64,000 nt of DNA from assembly GCA_035499655.1 (NCBI GenBank), contig DATJYL010000185.1, positions 843-64,842 of the forward strand, in the 5' to 3' direction. The notes under the pieces are model-generated. The model had not been told where the DNA came from. It searched no databases and saw nothing but the letters and a program-made list of their open reading frames with translations. Shown in pieces: positions 8,100 through 17,815 of this stretch; within the stretch, counting starts at the first letter, position 1, and each line of letters opens with the position of its first letter. Both the position numbers and the translations under genes were made by a program. The DNA comes from Pirellulales bacterium. GTDB lineage: Bacteria; Planctomycetota; Planctomycetia; Pirellulales; JADZDJ01.

Positions 8100-10913
8100 T
8101 TAAAAACTATTTGCACCGCTGACGCTAACAGTGCCGTTGATTACTTTCCCGTCAAGCGTGGTGTCGCCGCTGCCGGTGGCCGGGCTGCTGTGAATGGAGT
8201 TGGCAACCACGGTGTTCGAATTCAGAGTTAGCGTAGCGCCCACAGCGTTGGCGGTGCCGCCGCCGAACATTTCGAGAGTGCCGTCGATGCCGTTGCCATC
8301 GCCTTGGCCGTCGGTGCCGGTGCTGGCGGGTGTTCCGCCGCCATCGTTTTGGCCGTCGTTTTTACCGTTGCTAACGGTACTGCTCAGCAAATTGCCGGCA
8401 ATGGTCGAGGAATGGACGGTGGCAGTTCCCGAATTGCCGATGCCACCGCCATAGATTTCGATGTCGCCAAACACGGCGTCGCCACAGTTGATGCCGCAAT
8501 CGTTGTGGGCGCCGTCGCTTTGGCCGTCGCTGTCGCCATCGTTGTTTCCGTTGGCAATGTTGCTGGTGATCAAATTCGCCACGAGCACGCATTGATCGAC
8601 ATCAAGAATGTCGAAATTCGCAATGCCGCCGCCTTCCATTCCGACGAAGCCGGAAACGGCGTTTCCGTTGGCGCGGCCGTCTTTATCTTCCTGGTTGTTA
8701 TTGCCGCAGTTGTTGCCGTCCTGGTTGCCGTTTTTGATAATGCTGGTGATGGAGTTGTCGGAAATCGTGCTTGCGCGAACGGTTAAATCGCCATTGTTGC
8801 AGATGCCCGCCCCTTGGAGCACGAGTACGGCGTCGGTGTTGACGCTGGCCAGGGCGTCGCCATCGCCGTCGTTGTTGCCATCCATGTTGCCGTTGTTGTT
8901 GCCGTTAGTGACGGTACTTTTGATGGAATTAGCCGCCACGACGCAATGGCTGATCGTGTCGGTATTGGTGGAAGATTCGTAGTCGATGCCGCCGCCAGAG
9001 ATGTACACGTATCCGGCCACACCGTTGCCGTTGTTTTTGCCTTCGCTGTTGCCTAGGCCGGCGTTGTTTTCGCCGTTGCCGTCGCCGTCGTTGTTGCCGT
9101 TGGTGATCTTCGAGATGATCGAGTTGGCTGAAATGACGCAATGTGTGATGGTCGCCGAGCCGTCGGTATCGGTGGCTATTGCGCCGCCAAACAGCGTGAT
9201 ATTGCCGGCCACGCCATTGCCGTTAGTGTTGCCGTTATCGTCTTGGGTGTGGACGCCATTGTTGTTGCCGTTGTTGTTGCCGTTGGTGACCGAGCAGACG
9301 ATGGAATTGGCGACATAGCTGCTGTTGGCAGTGGTGAAAGTACCGTCGTTGTACAGTCCGCCGCCGGCAATGGTGATGTTGCCGTATACACCGTTGCCGT
9401 TGTCGCTGCCGTTGTCGGTAGCGGCGACGTCGATGTCGTCGTCCCCGTTATTGTTGCCATTACCGGAGCCATTGGTAATGCTGCAGGTGATGGAATTGGC
9501 CGAGAGCGTACAGCGATTGAGGACTGCGGTTGAGTTCACGTCGTTCATCAAACCGCCGCCGAATAGCACGCTGTTACCGTCGACGCCGTTGCCGTTTTCG
9601 TTGCCGCCGTGGTTGCCGGTGTCGTCGTCGGACATTCCGCCGTTGCCATTGCCGTTACCGCCGCTGTTGGTTACGGAGAGGAAAATCGAATTGGCAACGA
9701 TGCTGGTTCCGCTGGCGTTAAGCGTGCCGGCGGCGTTGTAAATGCCTCCGCCGTAAACCGTAATACCATCGACAACGCTGACGATGCCGTTGCCGTTTTG
9801 GTTGCCACTGCTGGTGCCGTCGCTGCTATCGCCGTTGCTGTTGCCGTTTTCGCTGCCGTTGACCACCGTGCATCCGGCGCGGTTTCCGGAGATCACGTCG
9901 TTGGTCAAGGTGGCGGTGTTGCCAAAATTGTAAATTCCGCCTCCCTCGATGAGGATACTGTCCCAGTCGCCGTTGCCGTTAAGGTTGCCGTTGTCAGTGG
10001 TGCCGGGATCGTCGCCGTTGCCGTTGAAATTTCCGTTGCCGATGCTCGCGTTCTTGTTGCCATTGGTGATGGTGCAGGTGGCGGAATTATTCGACACTAC
10101 GCTGGCAGTGATCGTTAAGGCGCCCGAAGCGTTGTAAATTGCGCCGCCGGCGATGAACGGCTTGGCAATCCCCCCGTTCCCGTTGTCGTCGCCATTGTCG
10201 TTGGTCGTCGCGCCACTTCCTTGGTTGTTCCCCTGGTCAACTCCGTTGATGAGGGTAAACGCTACCGAGTTGCCCTTGAGGATGCTATTGTTCACCGTGG
10301 TAACGCCCGCGGTAAAAATGGCGCCTCCGGTCAGTGAAAAGTCTGTGCTGAAAAAAGAATTGGCCGTCAAACTTGCCGAGTTGCCGGTGAGGATGGCGGC
10401 ATTGAGCTTGAGCGTGGCGTTCTGCTCGACAAAGATCGCGCCTCCTTGGTACGAACCAGGCACGGCGCCGGATTCCAAGCCGTTTTTCAACGTGATCGTT
10501 TTCAACGACAGGGTGGCGCCCGATTCGACGTCGAAGAAGCGGAAATCGGAATTACCGCTGCTGGTGCTGCGGGCCAGAATATGGCCGACGCCGTTGATGG
10601 TAAGATTGTCGCCGGTGGTAATGGCTGGCAAGCCGTTGAAGCCGTCGCTGGTGTTGTCGGCCGTCGACTCGAACAGCGTAATGTTCTTGCCGAGAGTGAT
10701 AGTGTTGTTCCCGCCAGCGGCGTTGGCGGCGTTGATGGCGGCAATCAAACCGGCCTGGGTAGTCACGGTTGCAAGGAGGCGCCGGCCTTCGAGCGTTTCA
10801 AAGCATCGCCGCGAACGAGCAAATGGCAAATGGGAGCATCGCGTGTTTTTCCGCGGCGTTATTTTTTGGCGAGGAAATAGTCTGTCGAAAGAATTCCAGA
10901 AAGTGGAAAACAT
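8100..10913 (-). CDS. Giant secreted parallel beta-helix protein with Chlamydial-Pmp-type (GGxI…FxxN / ANSI…NGN) repeats. Planctomycete N-terminal FE.LE.RRLLA motif
   Basis: About 10 repeats of ~47 aa ([IV]ANSI.S.[IV]TNGNNNGN…GN[IV]…[FY]GGG[IL]YN…). Asn/Gly/Asp-rich. Probable start MFSTFWNSF… (10913) rather than the ORF-track 11144, which overlaps dus. Confidence 0.6.
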   Translation of the reverse strand: MFSTFWNSFDRLFPRQKITPRKNTRCSHLPFARSRRCFETLEGRRLLATVTTQAGLIAAINAANAAGGNNTITLGKNITLFESTADNTSDGFNGLPAITTGDNLTINGVGHILARSTSSGNSDFRFFDVESGATLSLKTITLKNGLESGAVPGSYQGGAIFVEQNATLKLNAAILTGNSASLTANSFFSTDFSLTGGAIFTAGVTTVNNSILKGNSVAFTLINGVDQGNNQGSGATTNDNGDDNGNGGIAKPFIAGGAIYNASGALTITASVVSNNSATCTITNGNKNASIGNGNFNGNGDDPGTTDNGNLNGNGDWDSILIEGGGIYNFGNTATLTNDVISGNRAGCTVVNGSENGNSNGDSSDGTSSGNQNGNGIVSVVDGITVYGGGIYNAAGTLNASGTSIVANSIFLSVTNSGGNGNGNGGMSDDDTGNHGGNENGNGVDGNSVLFGGGLMNDVNSTAVLNRCTLSANSITCSITNGSGNGNNNGDDDIDVAATDNGSDNGNGVYGNITIAGGGLYNDGTFTTANSSYVANSIVCSVTNGNNNGNNNGVHTQDDNGNTNGNGVAGNITLFGGAIATDTDGSATITHCVISANSIISKITNGNNDGDGNGENNAGLGNSEGKNNGNGVAGYVYISGGGIDYESSTNTDTISHCVVAANSIKSTVTNGNNNGNMDGNNDGDGDALASVNTDAVLVLQGAGICNNGDLTVRASTISDNSITSIIKNGNQDGNNCGNNNQEDKDGRANGNAVSGFVGMEGGGIANFDILDVDQCVLVANLITSNIANGNNDGDSDGQSDGAHNDCGINCGDAVFGDIEIYGGGIGNSGTATVHSSTIAGNLLSSTVSNGKNDGQNDGGGTPASTGTDGQGDGNGIDGTLEMFGGGTANAVGATLTLNSNTVVANSIHSSPATGSGDTTLDGKVINGTVSVSGANSF

Positions 10914-11055
10914 AGTTTGCCTTTCGCAAAGTTGCCGTTCGCAGCGTGCCCGATCGATTGCTGATTGCTGAGACCGCCAGCGGTATGCTCGCAGTCTGGC
11001 AAGCTGCGATGCCTTTGTCAACGAAATTGCCGCAAAATTTGCGACCGAGGGGCCG

Positions 11056-12126
11056 CTAAGATGTCGGGAAGAAGCGTTCCACAGCGTCGTTGAACTCCGC
11101 CGGAGTAGATACCCGCGCCACGCTGGCGCGAAAGTCGCGCGCACCGCGGCGGCCTTGAGCGTAGCAACATGCGAACTTGCGCATCAAAACCGTGCCCCGC
11201 TCAGCACCGAATCGCTGGCAGACTAATCGGTAATGATGATCAAGCAGGTCACGCTCTTCGTCCGGGGTAGGATCGGGCGGAATTGATTCGCCGCCAAGCG
11301 CCGCCGCACATTGGCGGAACAGCCACGGCTTACCCAGCGCAGCCCGGGCAATCATCACCCCATCGACGCCGTAATTTTGAAAGGCGTGGAGCACCGCTTG
11401 GGGCGAATCTAAATCGCCGTTGCCAATCAGCGGCATGCGTTTCAAATGCGGTTTGATCGATGCAATCCGCTGCCAATCGGCTTGCCCTTTGAAAAAATCT
11501 TGGGCCGTGCGGCCATGCACGGTAAGTGCCGCCGCGCCGGCCGATTCAATCGTCGTGGCAATTTCGACGGCAGTAATGTTGTCGCGTGTGCAGCCCAGGC
11601 GAATTTTGGCCGTGACTGGCGTTGGACGGCATGCCTGCACCACCCGCTCCACAATGCGGCCCACGCGCTGAGGATCTCGCAGTAAATACGAACCACTGTG
11701 AGCGCGCTGGGCGACGTCTTTCACCGGGCAACCGAAGTTGATGTCGACTACGCTGACTTTGTATTCCGTCGCCAAGCGATGACCCACGGCAGCCAGGGTT
11801 TCCGGATCGTTATCCCACATTTGCACGGCCAGCGGACGCGCTTCTTCCGCCACGCCCCACAGCCGATCAGGCGCTTCGGGCTGCTCTTTCTGATTCATCC
11901 AGGAGAACGCGCGGGCGGAAACCATTTCGGTGGCTTGCAGGCCGACGCCGCCAAATTCACGCACGACCTGCCGATAAGCGTAGTTCGTGAAACCCGCCAT
12001 GGGGGCCTGCAACAACGGCGGATCGACCACCAGCGAGCCGATGCGCAACGGGCGAATTTCCGGCAGCACCCCGAACGCCGATTCTGTATGATTGGGCGGC
12101 GGCAAGGTCATGGGCGGAATGCGCAT
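11056..12126 (-). CDS. dus: tRNA-dihydrouridine synthase (Dus family, FMN TIM barrel), paralog 1
   Basis: …PLLQAPMAGFTNYAYRQVVREFGGVGLQATEMVSARAF… Dus signature. Start ambiguous (M at 12126 or 12111; the ORF-track start 12204 is less likely). Confidence 0.8.
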   Translation of the reverse strand: MRIPPMTLPPPNHTESAFGVLPEIRPLRIGSLVVDPPLLQAPMAGFTNYAYRQVVREFGGVGLQATEMVSARAFSWMNQKEQPEAPDRLWGVAEEARPLAVQMWDNDPETLAAVGHRLATEYKVSVVDINFGCPVKDVAQRAHSGSYLLRDPQRVGRIVERVVQACRPTPVTAKIRLGCTRDNITAVEIATTIESAGAAALTVHGRTAQDFFKGQADWQRIASIKPHLKRMPLIGNGDLDSPQAVLHAFQNYGVDGVMIARAALGKPWLFRQCAAALGGESIPPDPTPDEERDLLDHHYRLVCQRFGAERGTVLMRKFACCYAQGRRGARDFRASVARVSTPAEFNDAVERFFPTS

Positions 12127-12238
12127 GGGTGCTATCCTACATTGCGGCGGTTGGCGCAAGGAAGACCTTTGCCCTATCGCTGTTTTCACGAAACATTTGC
12201 CCAATTGTCTCTAGTCATTTATTTGCGAGCATCACAGC

Positions 12239-12638
12239 AATGAAATCAACTCTCGTTCCCGGACTGAAAGCAGAGCTACAGCATCATGTGGTAACCCAGG
12301 AGCTGCTGAGCACCGTTTATCCTGGTGGTCCGCCTGTGTTTGCCACGCCATTTATGTTGGGGCTGATGGAGCATGCGGCGGCCCGCGCAGTGCATCCGCA
12401 TTTAGATTCGGGTGAAGCCTCAGTCGGCTACGGTTTCAATTTTCATCATTTAGCGCCTACGCCTGTGGGCGCAACAGTAGTGGCCACCGCCGAAGTGACG
12501 GCGGTAGACAAGAACATGGTCACCTTTGCCATTGAAGCCCGTGACGAGGTCGATCTGATCAGCCGCGGCACCCATGTTCGCGCAGTCATCGACATGGAGC
12601 GCTTTCTTAAGCGCGTGAAACGGAAATCGCCGGGGTGA
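12239..12638 (+). CDS. Hotdog-fold thioesterase (FlK/PaaI-like)
   Basis: ~133 aa from MKSTLVPG…. Hotdog-family sequence GYGFNFHHLAPTPVGATV. The ORF-track N-terminal extension is probably spurious. Confidence 0.5.
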
Positions 12639-12716
12639 AAAATGCGACGTATGCCCAGGCCAAGAAATAGGCATGGCACTTAGCTCAAGCGCGACCAGCG
12701 CTCGTGATGGAATGCG

Positions 12717-14771
12717 TCAGCGGCCTTCGGAGCGATAATCGTAGCGGTTGTCGTATTGATTATTGTAACGATTGTCCGCCGGAGGCATGGCGAAAGGATC
12801 GGGCTGCTGGCCTGCGCGGATGGGCGTTTCGATTTCGCGAGTTTGCTGTGGTGCCTCAGCGGATTTCGGCGAAGCGGCCCGCTGCGAAAAGCCAGTTGAC
12901 GGCGGGATGGAAGAACCAGCGCCCGGCGACGATTGCACCGATTGCAGCGGCTCGGGCTCGATGGGCCGTAAGGTGCTGGGAATCCAACCGTCGTTGCCAG
13001 GTGTCGGCGGCGGGGGCAACTGGCGCGCTTTTGCTCCGCGCAAGTTTTCCGGCTCCGCCGATAGGTTGCTGCCGAAAGTGCTGATTGCTGCTTTATCGGG
13101 CACGGCCGATAACCGCTCCGTAGGTTTGGAATGGATCAGCATGGCGACGAATTTTTCCGGCGACGTGCCGGGGGGCGCCGCGGCGGCGGCATACTCGGCA
13201 ACGTCAAGATTGTACTTCAATACAGCGTTCAAGAATTCGCGACGCTGGTTGTGCAAATCGTTAATACAACTGAGCACCGTGCCCAAATCCACTTCGCTTT
13301 TGGCATGCGCTTGCTCGGCATAGTGAATGGCACTGGCGGCAGATTGGACAGCGGCGGCGCGGTCGCTGATGGTCCGGCAGCAGGCGGGCAACGTGCGGTC
13401 AATTTCCCAAGCCCGCTCGTTTTCGCGGCCGGCAAAAATCTGGCTGTAGAAGGTGTTGTAGGGGGCGACGAGTGGCACATCCGTGGGACTGTACGTGGCG
13501 GTAACGGCAAAGTTGTGCGTGGCGATGCCGATGGCTGCCCAGGCTTTGGCCAAATCCAGTTCGGCGTCGGTCACGCGCGCGGCCGCGGCGGCGCGAGCCG
13601 TGCTGAGGATGGGACCTTCCACGGCGCCCAGCTTGCGGGCCACGGCAATTTCTTCCAGGCGTTTTTCCTCATCCTGGGCCCAATTAATGCTGGCAGAAGC
13701 CACGCTAAACCGCCAATAAGCTTGCACGGCGGCCACGCGCTGCGATTCCGGACAACGAGCAAGCAGTTGGCTAATCGACAGCGAATCGGAATGGCCGGCC
13801 GATGAATCTAGCGCGGTGGACAGCAATTCGGCGGCGGCGCGGGCGGCAGCCTGCTGACCCAAGTCGATTGTGCTTTCTGAAGTTTGCGTATTAGACGGGA
13901 CCACTTCCGCGTCGCTAATCGCAGGCCGATTGCCTGCGGGCATGGTTCGAATGAGCGTGCCAGAAGGGGCGGATTGGCTTTGATTTTCAGGCCGTTCGTC
14001 TGCAACTTTGTTGGTGGGAATTGAATCGCTGGGGGGCGCGGCTAGTTGGACGGGAGCGTTCAGCGGTTGCAATCCTTCTGGCCGGTCGCCTGGAATTTCG
14101 GAATTACCGTTGGTGTTAGGGGCCGGGCCAATTGGCGCGATCGGCTGGTCGTACTGGGCCGGCAGCACGCCGGATGGAACTACCGTGGTGGTCGCCGCCG
14201 GCGGCGGGGAAGCGGGATTAAGAGGAACTGCTCCCGCGACTTGCGATGGGGTAAGTGTTGCAGGCGCAACGTCCGTCAATGGGGCAGGCGCCTCGGTCGG
14301 GGAGACCGCGGTGGTCGCCGTTGGGCTGAGTCCAGACGCGGTGGTTGGCGTGACCCCCGGCGCGGCGCTTTGGGGACCTGCAAGTGTCGAAGGCGGAATC
14401 ATGACAGAAGCCGCTGGCGGCGCGGCCGCCGTCGCCGGCGGGTTGCGGCGCTTCATCACCGATACCAGCGGTCGGGGCGGCGGATTCGAAGTGTTGGCAT
14501 CCGTCGGCGGTGCTATGGCGATGCTGGCCGGCGCTTGTGCTGGAGGACCAGGAAGGTTCAGCGGGGCTGCTTGAGCCGTCGCTGGATTCCAGAGCGGAGC
14601 CTCGCCGGCATTTTGCGCCGAGTCGGGAATGCGATAGATAGGCGGCAACGGGTTAGCGCCGCCCGTGACGGCGCTGCCGTTCATGACGCTGCCTGCATCG
14701 TCGGCCGCGCTGAGTTGAGCAAACAGCATCCATGCCACACAAATCAGCGATGAAAGTTTCATCGGGACCAC
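12717..14771 (-). CDS. Secreted Pro/Ala/Thr-rich protein with signal peptide and a structured C-terminal helical region
   Basis: 684 aa. N-terminal signal MKLSSLICVAWMLFAQLSAADD. Long low-complexity P/A/T region. C-terminal ~300 aa is non-repetitive. Confidence 0.5.
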   Translation of the reverse strand: MVPMKLSSLICVAWMLFAQLSAADDAGSVMNGSAVTGGANPLPPIYRIPDSAQNAGEAPLWNPATAQAAPLNLPGPPAQAPASIAIAPPTDANTSNPPPRPLVSVMKRRNPPATAAAPPAASVMIPPSTLAGPQSAAPGVTPTTASGLSPTATTAVSPTEAPAPLTDVAPATLTPSQVAGAVPLNPASPPPAATTTVVPSGVLPAQYDQPIAPIGPAPNTNGNSEIPGDRPEGLQPLNAPVQLAAPPSDSIPTNKVADERPENQSQSAPSGTLIRTMPAGNRPAISDAEVVPSNTQTSESTIDLGQQAAARAAAELLSTALDSSAGHSDSLSISQLLARCPESQRVAAVQAYWRFSVASASINWAQDEEKRLEEIAVARKLGAVEGPILSTARAAAAARVTDAELDLAKAWAAIGIATHNFAVTATYSPTDVPLVAPYNTFYSQIFAGRENERAWEIDRTLPACCRTISDRAAAVQSAASAIHYAEQAHAKSEVDLGTVLSCINDLHNQRREFLNAVLKYNLDVAEYAAAAAPPGTSPEKFVAMLIHSKPTERLSAVPDKAAISTFGSNLSAEPENLRGAKARQLPPPPTPGNDGWIPSTLRPIEPEPLQSVQSSPGAGSSIPPSTGFSQRAASPKSAEAPQQTREIETPIRAGQQPDPFAMPPADNRYNNQYDNRYDYRSEGR

Positions 14772-14915
14772 CTCATATGGTCGAAGAACCGCCCGCAGGC
14801 GGGAAATCCATTTCGCGGCCCATCAACTTGACACACCCGGCTTGTGGGGTCAATTGCAGTCGGCGTGCTAGCATGACGCCGGGCCAGGATCGAAGGGAGA
14901 GGAACCAGATTTTGT

Positions 14916-17600
14916 TTAATTCTCGTCCCAATCGGAAATTAGTGAATCAATCAATTTTGGTTTCAACGATGTAGCACTCAAATGCGCAACGGACGAACTG
15001 GTCGAGGTGTTCGTGGAGTGAATCAAGCTGCTCGCCAAAGCGCCGCTTGCCGTCGAAGTGCTGGCCACGCTGACCTGCGTTGAGCTGGATGGCGGATAAG
15101 TCGACGTTGAGGTTGCATTTGTTGTGACGCTGGAGGAAATCGCCGGGCTCGAAATGCTGTGTGAGAGCGCATTGACCACCACCGCCACATTCACTGCTTG
15201 ATTGAAGGCCACCGGGTTGGAAGATATTCCGTTGGCAATCACGACCAAACTATACGAACCGGCGGGCATGCCCGAGGGCAAAGTGAATTGAGTTGTCTCC
15301 GACGTGGCGCCGGTTTGTACGCCCGAGCTGCTCCAATTGAAGGTGCGAGCATAGTAAACCAAACCGGTAACGGTGTTGGTAAGCCGGACGATCGGATAAT
15401 TGCTGGCGTTGGCGGTAATATCGCCCGATGAAGAACCATCTGACATACCCGTCAATTGCAGGCCGGTTACCGTAAAGGTGCCATCCATATTATCGACAAC
15501 ACTTTGGACGATCGGGCGCAAACTGTTTTGAATGGTGCTTACAGTCGGCGTATAAATTTGTAATGTGCTTGGCCCTCCAATTAGTACCTGGCCGGTCGGT
15601 AAATCGAGCATGCTGAAACGGTCGGCATTGGCAATGGCCAGGGACGTGGGAGTGACGTCCGTGAAGACTTTAGTTGTGGGATTAAGTTCATATAGGAAGG
15701 TGGGGGAGGGAAACGTGTAACTGGCTCCCGTGAGATCGAACGTCATCGGATCGTACGTGTAATTGACAATGCCTTCGGGGGACAATGTGATCAAAATATC
15801 GCCATTGGGCAGGACCACGCCTGGATTGCCGGTAGCGACCAGCGGAGTAGTAACTGTGTTGATAAGCCGTTCGGGCTCAGCCGGACCGGCAGTCCATGCA
15901 CCGGCGCCACTATTGGCCGTGGGATCGAAATAGGCGGTGGCTCCATCAGCCCCGAACACAAAGGCTTGCCCATTGGGAAGCAGGAAGGCGGGCCCGACAA
16001 AGCCAAGTTGTTCGAAGGTGGCCAGCGCGGCGGCCGGCTTGGTTGTGCTCTGGGTGCTGGCGTCGGTCCACATGCCCGTCGTTGGATCGTAAATTTCGGC
16101 GGCTAAGACGTTGTCGGAGCCACCAACCAGCGCATCGTACGAGAGCACATTGCCGTTGGCCAATTTCACCCAAGTATCGCCGCTTTGCACGAAGGGATAA
16201 ACCGGCGAAGTGGTCGAGCCGCCGGCGCTGGGAGCAGCTTCAAACTCCATGCTGCCGGTTGTAGGGCTCCACGTGCCTGTGGCCGGATCGAACAAATAGG
16301 TAGTGTTGGTCGTTGCGGAGCCGGCGAGTACGGTTCCATCGGGTAGTACTTCCGAAGGATTTTGCCCGATGAAAGTTTCTGGAAAATCGCCCACCTGGGT
16401 CCAAGTGTCCGCCACAGGATCATAGATTTCTGTGGCGGCCGGGTCGGTCATATCGGTATCGGCCCCGCCATAAATCAGCAGGTCGCCATTTTGCAGCACG
16501 TCGGTGGTGGCGCCGAGGCGCGCCACAGGATCTGGCGTAAGCACGGTCCAGGTTCCGTCGGCATAATTCCCGGCCGCGTCGGGAGTGAGCTTGTACCACG
16601 CAGTGCTGGCCACACCATTGCCTCCTTGCACCATTACAGAACCGTCTGACAACAGCACCAGGGCTTGAGTACTCGTGGGACCGGATTTGGCGTTTGTGGC
16701 CGCCACTTTTTGCCATGTTGGAATCACCGGAAGCGTGATGGTCAGGCTATAGTTGGGGTTAATAGTGCCCATGTAACCGTAGACGTGGATGTAATACGTT
16801 CCGGCCGGAAACCCAAAGAGCGAGACCGATTCGCTATTGCCAATTCCCGTGGAGGTGGCGATGGGCTTTGTCGAAGAGATAGCAGGGTTCCACAACTCCA
16901 GCTCCAAATCGCCTTGCGATTGCTGGAAGGCAATCGATACCGATTCGGAAGCCGTGCCCGCCGACGTGGTCGTGAACTTGTACCAATCGTCGCCGTCGAG
17001 CAGCGCCAAATTGGTGAGCGTTTTCAAAGTATTAAGCGCTCCCAAATTGTAGGCTGTCGCCAGTGTATTATTGTTGGTTTGAGTGGCACTGACCTTTTCG
17101 TAAGGATCGTCGATATAAGTGGTGTTGGGACCAGCGATAGCCCACGTGTAGCTTCCCTGCGGTGACCCTATGTTGTTGGTAATTCCCATGTAATAATGGG
17201 TGCCCGCAGTCAAAGAAACATTCAACCGACTGTCGGAATTGCTGGACGAGATGTCATTGATGTATTTCAACCGGGTTCCGGTGGCCGAGAAAATTCCCAG
17301 CACTGTGTCTAAGTTGCTGTTAGGAGTGGTGGCGGAAATGATGTAGTTGCCGCTGAAGCCGGCCGTGAACGAATAGTAATCCACCTCGCTGTTGACAATG
17401 GACGCATTTCCAGAGGCGCTGCTGAGCGCGTTGAGCTTCACAGCTGTGAAGACTTTTGGAACGGGAATGGTCGCGGGGGGGGCTGCCGTCCACGTTAACA
17501 CCCAGCGATCTTCTAGCGGCTCAAAACTCACACGACGGGGACGAACTGCCGCACGACGTTTTTCCCTCGTTGGAAAATGGAACGGTTTGCGACGAGCCAT
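14916..17600 (-). CDS. Secreted multidomain protein: planctomycete FEPLEDRWVL N-terminus, two pre-peptidase C-terminal (PPC, DxDxYxF) domains, a Kelch/galactose-oxidase-like beta-propeller and a Ser/Thr-rich tail
   Basis: SEVDYYSFTAG and GDDWYKFTT PPC motifs. Repeated …EIYDP.T..WT… Kelch-like blades. Start taken at MARRKPFHFP (17600). Confidence 0.6.
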   Translation of the reverse strand: MARRKPFHFPTREKRRAAVRPRRVSFEPLEDRWVLTWTAAPPATIPVPKVFTAVKLNALSSASGNASIVNSEVDYYSFTAGFSGNYIISATTPNSNLDTVLGIFSATGTRLKYINDISSSNSDSRLNVSLTAGTHYYMGITNNIGSPQGSYTWAIAGPNTTYIDDPYEKVSATQTNNNTLATAYNLGALNTLKTLTNLALLDGDDWYKFTTTSAGTASESVSIAFQQSQGDLELELWNPAISSTKPIATSTGIGNSESVSLFGFPAGTYYIHVYGYMGTINPNYSLTITLPVIPTWQKVAATNAKSGPTSTQALVLLSDGSVMVQGGNGVASTAWYKLTPDAAGNYADGTWTVLTPDPVARLGATTDVLQNGDLLIYGGADTDMTDPAATEIYDPVADTWTQVGDFPETFIGQNPSEVLPDGTVLAGSATTNTTYLFDPATGTWSPTTGSMEFEAAPSAGGSTTSPVYPFVQSGDTWVKLANGNVLSYDALVGGSDNVLAAEIYDPTTGMWTDASTQSTTKPAAALATFEQLGFVGPAFLLPNGQAFVFGADGATAYFDPTANSGAGAWTAGPAEPERLINTVTTPLVATGNPGVVLPNGDILITLSPEGIVNYTYDPMTFDLTGASYTFPSPTFLYELNPTTKVFTDVTPTSLAIANADRFSMLDLPTGQVLIGGPSTLQIYTPTVSTIQNSLRPIVQSVVDNMDGTFTVTGLQLTGMSDGSSSGDITANASNYPIVRLTNTVTGLVYYARTFNWSSSGVQTGATSETTQFTLPSGMPAGSYSLVVIANGISSNPVAFNQAVNVAVVVNALSHSISSPAISSSVTTNATSTSTYPPSSSTQVSVASTSTASGALASSLIHSTNTSTSSSVAHLSATSLKPKLIDSLISDWDEN

Positions 17601-17815
17601 GGCGTGTTCCTCAATGCAGCACATCAAAAGACGAAATGCCCCCGATCGATCCAGATTAAGAAGTATGGTAACTGGACACAATCCAGATTACAAGCAAATG
17701 GTGTCAGAACCGAGAGTTAACGCAATTTGACAGGCCATACATAAGGCCGGGCAAAATGGCTCTGCCATCCCACCGTGAGAGGAGGCGCTAAGCCGTGCAG
17801 AGTCTTGATTGAGCT

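Noticed and set aside
8194-10971. Series of plus-strand ORFs (86-272 aa) and an apparent spacer-repeat periodicity inside the Pmp-like gene. Considered a CRISPR-like array or overlapping genes
   Set aside because: Periodicity is ~140 bp protein-coding repeats (NG-rich beta-helix units) with continuous ORF on the minus strand. No short identical direct repeats with unique spacers. Antisense ORFs are P/A/L-rich artefacts.
11127-12204. Long N-terminal extension of dus (ORF-track start 12204) and of the Pmp-like gene (start 11144) creating an apparent ~90 bp gene overlap
   Set aside because: Both extensions lack conserved sequence. Internal Met starts (12126 and 10913) give proteins matching family N-termini and remove the overlap.
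13131-14753. Plus-strand ORFs (224, 188, 235 aa) within the Pro-rich secreted protein gene
   Set aside because: Antisense to a long ORF with signal peptide. Gly/Arg-rich low-complexity translations.
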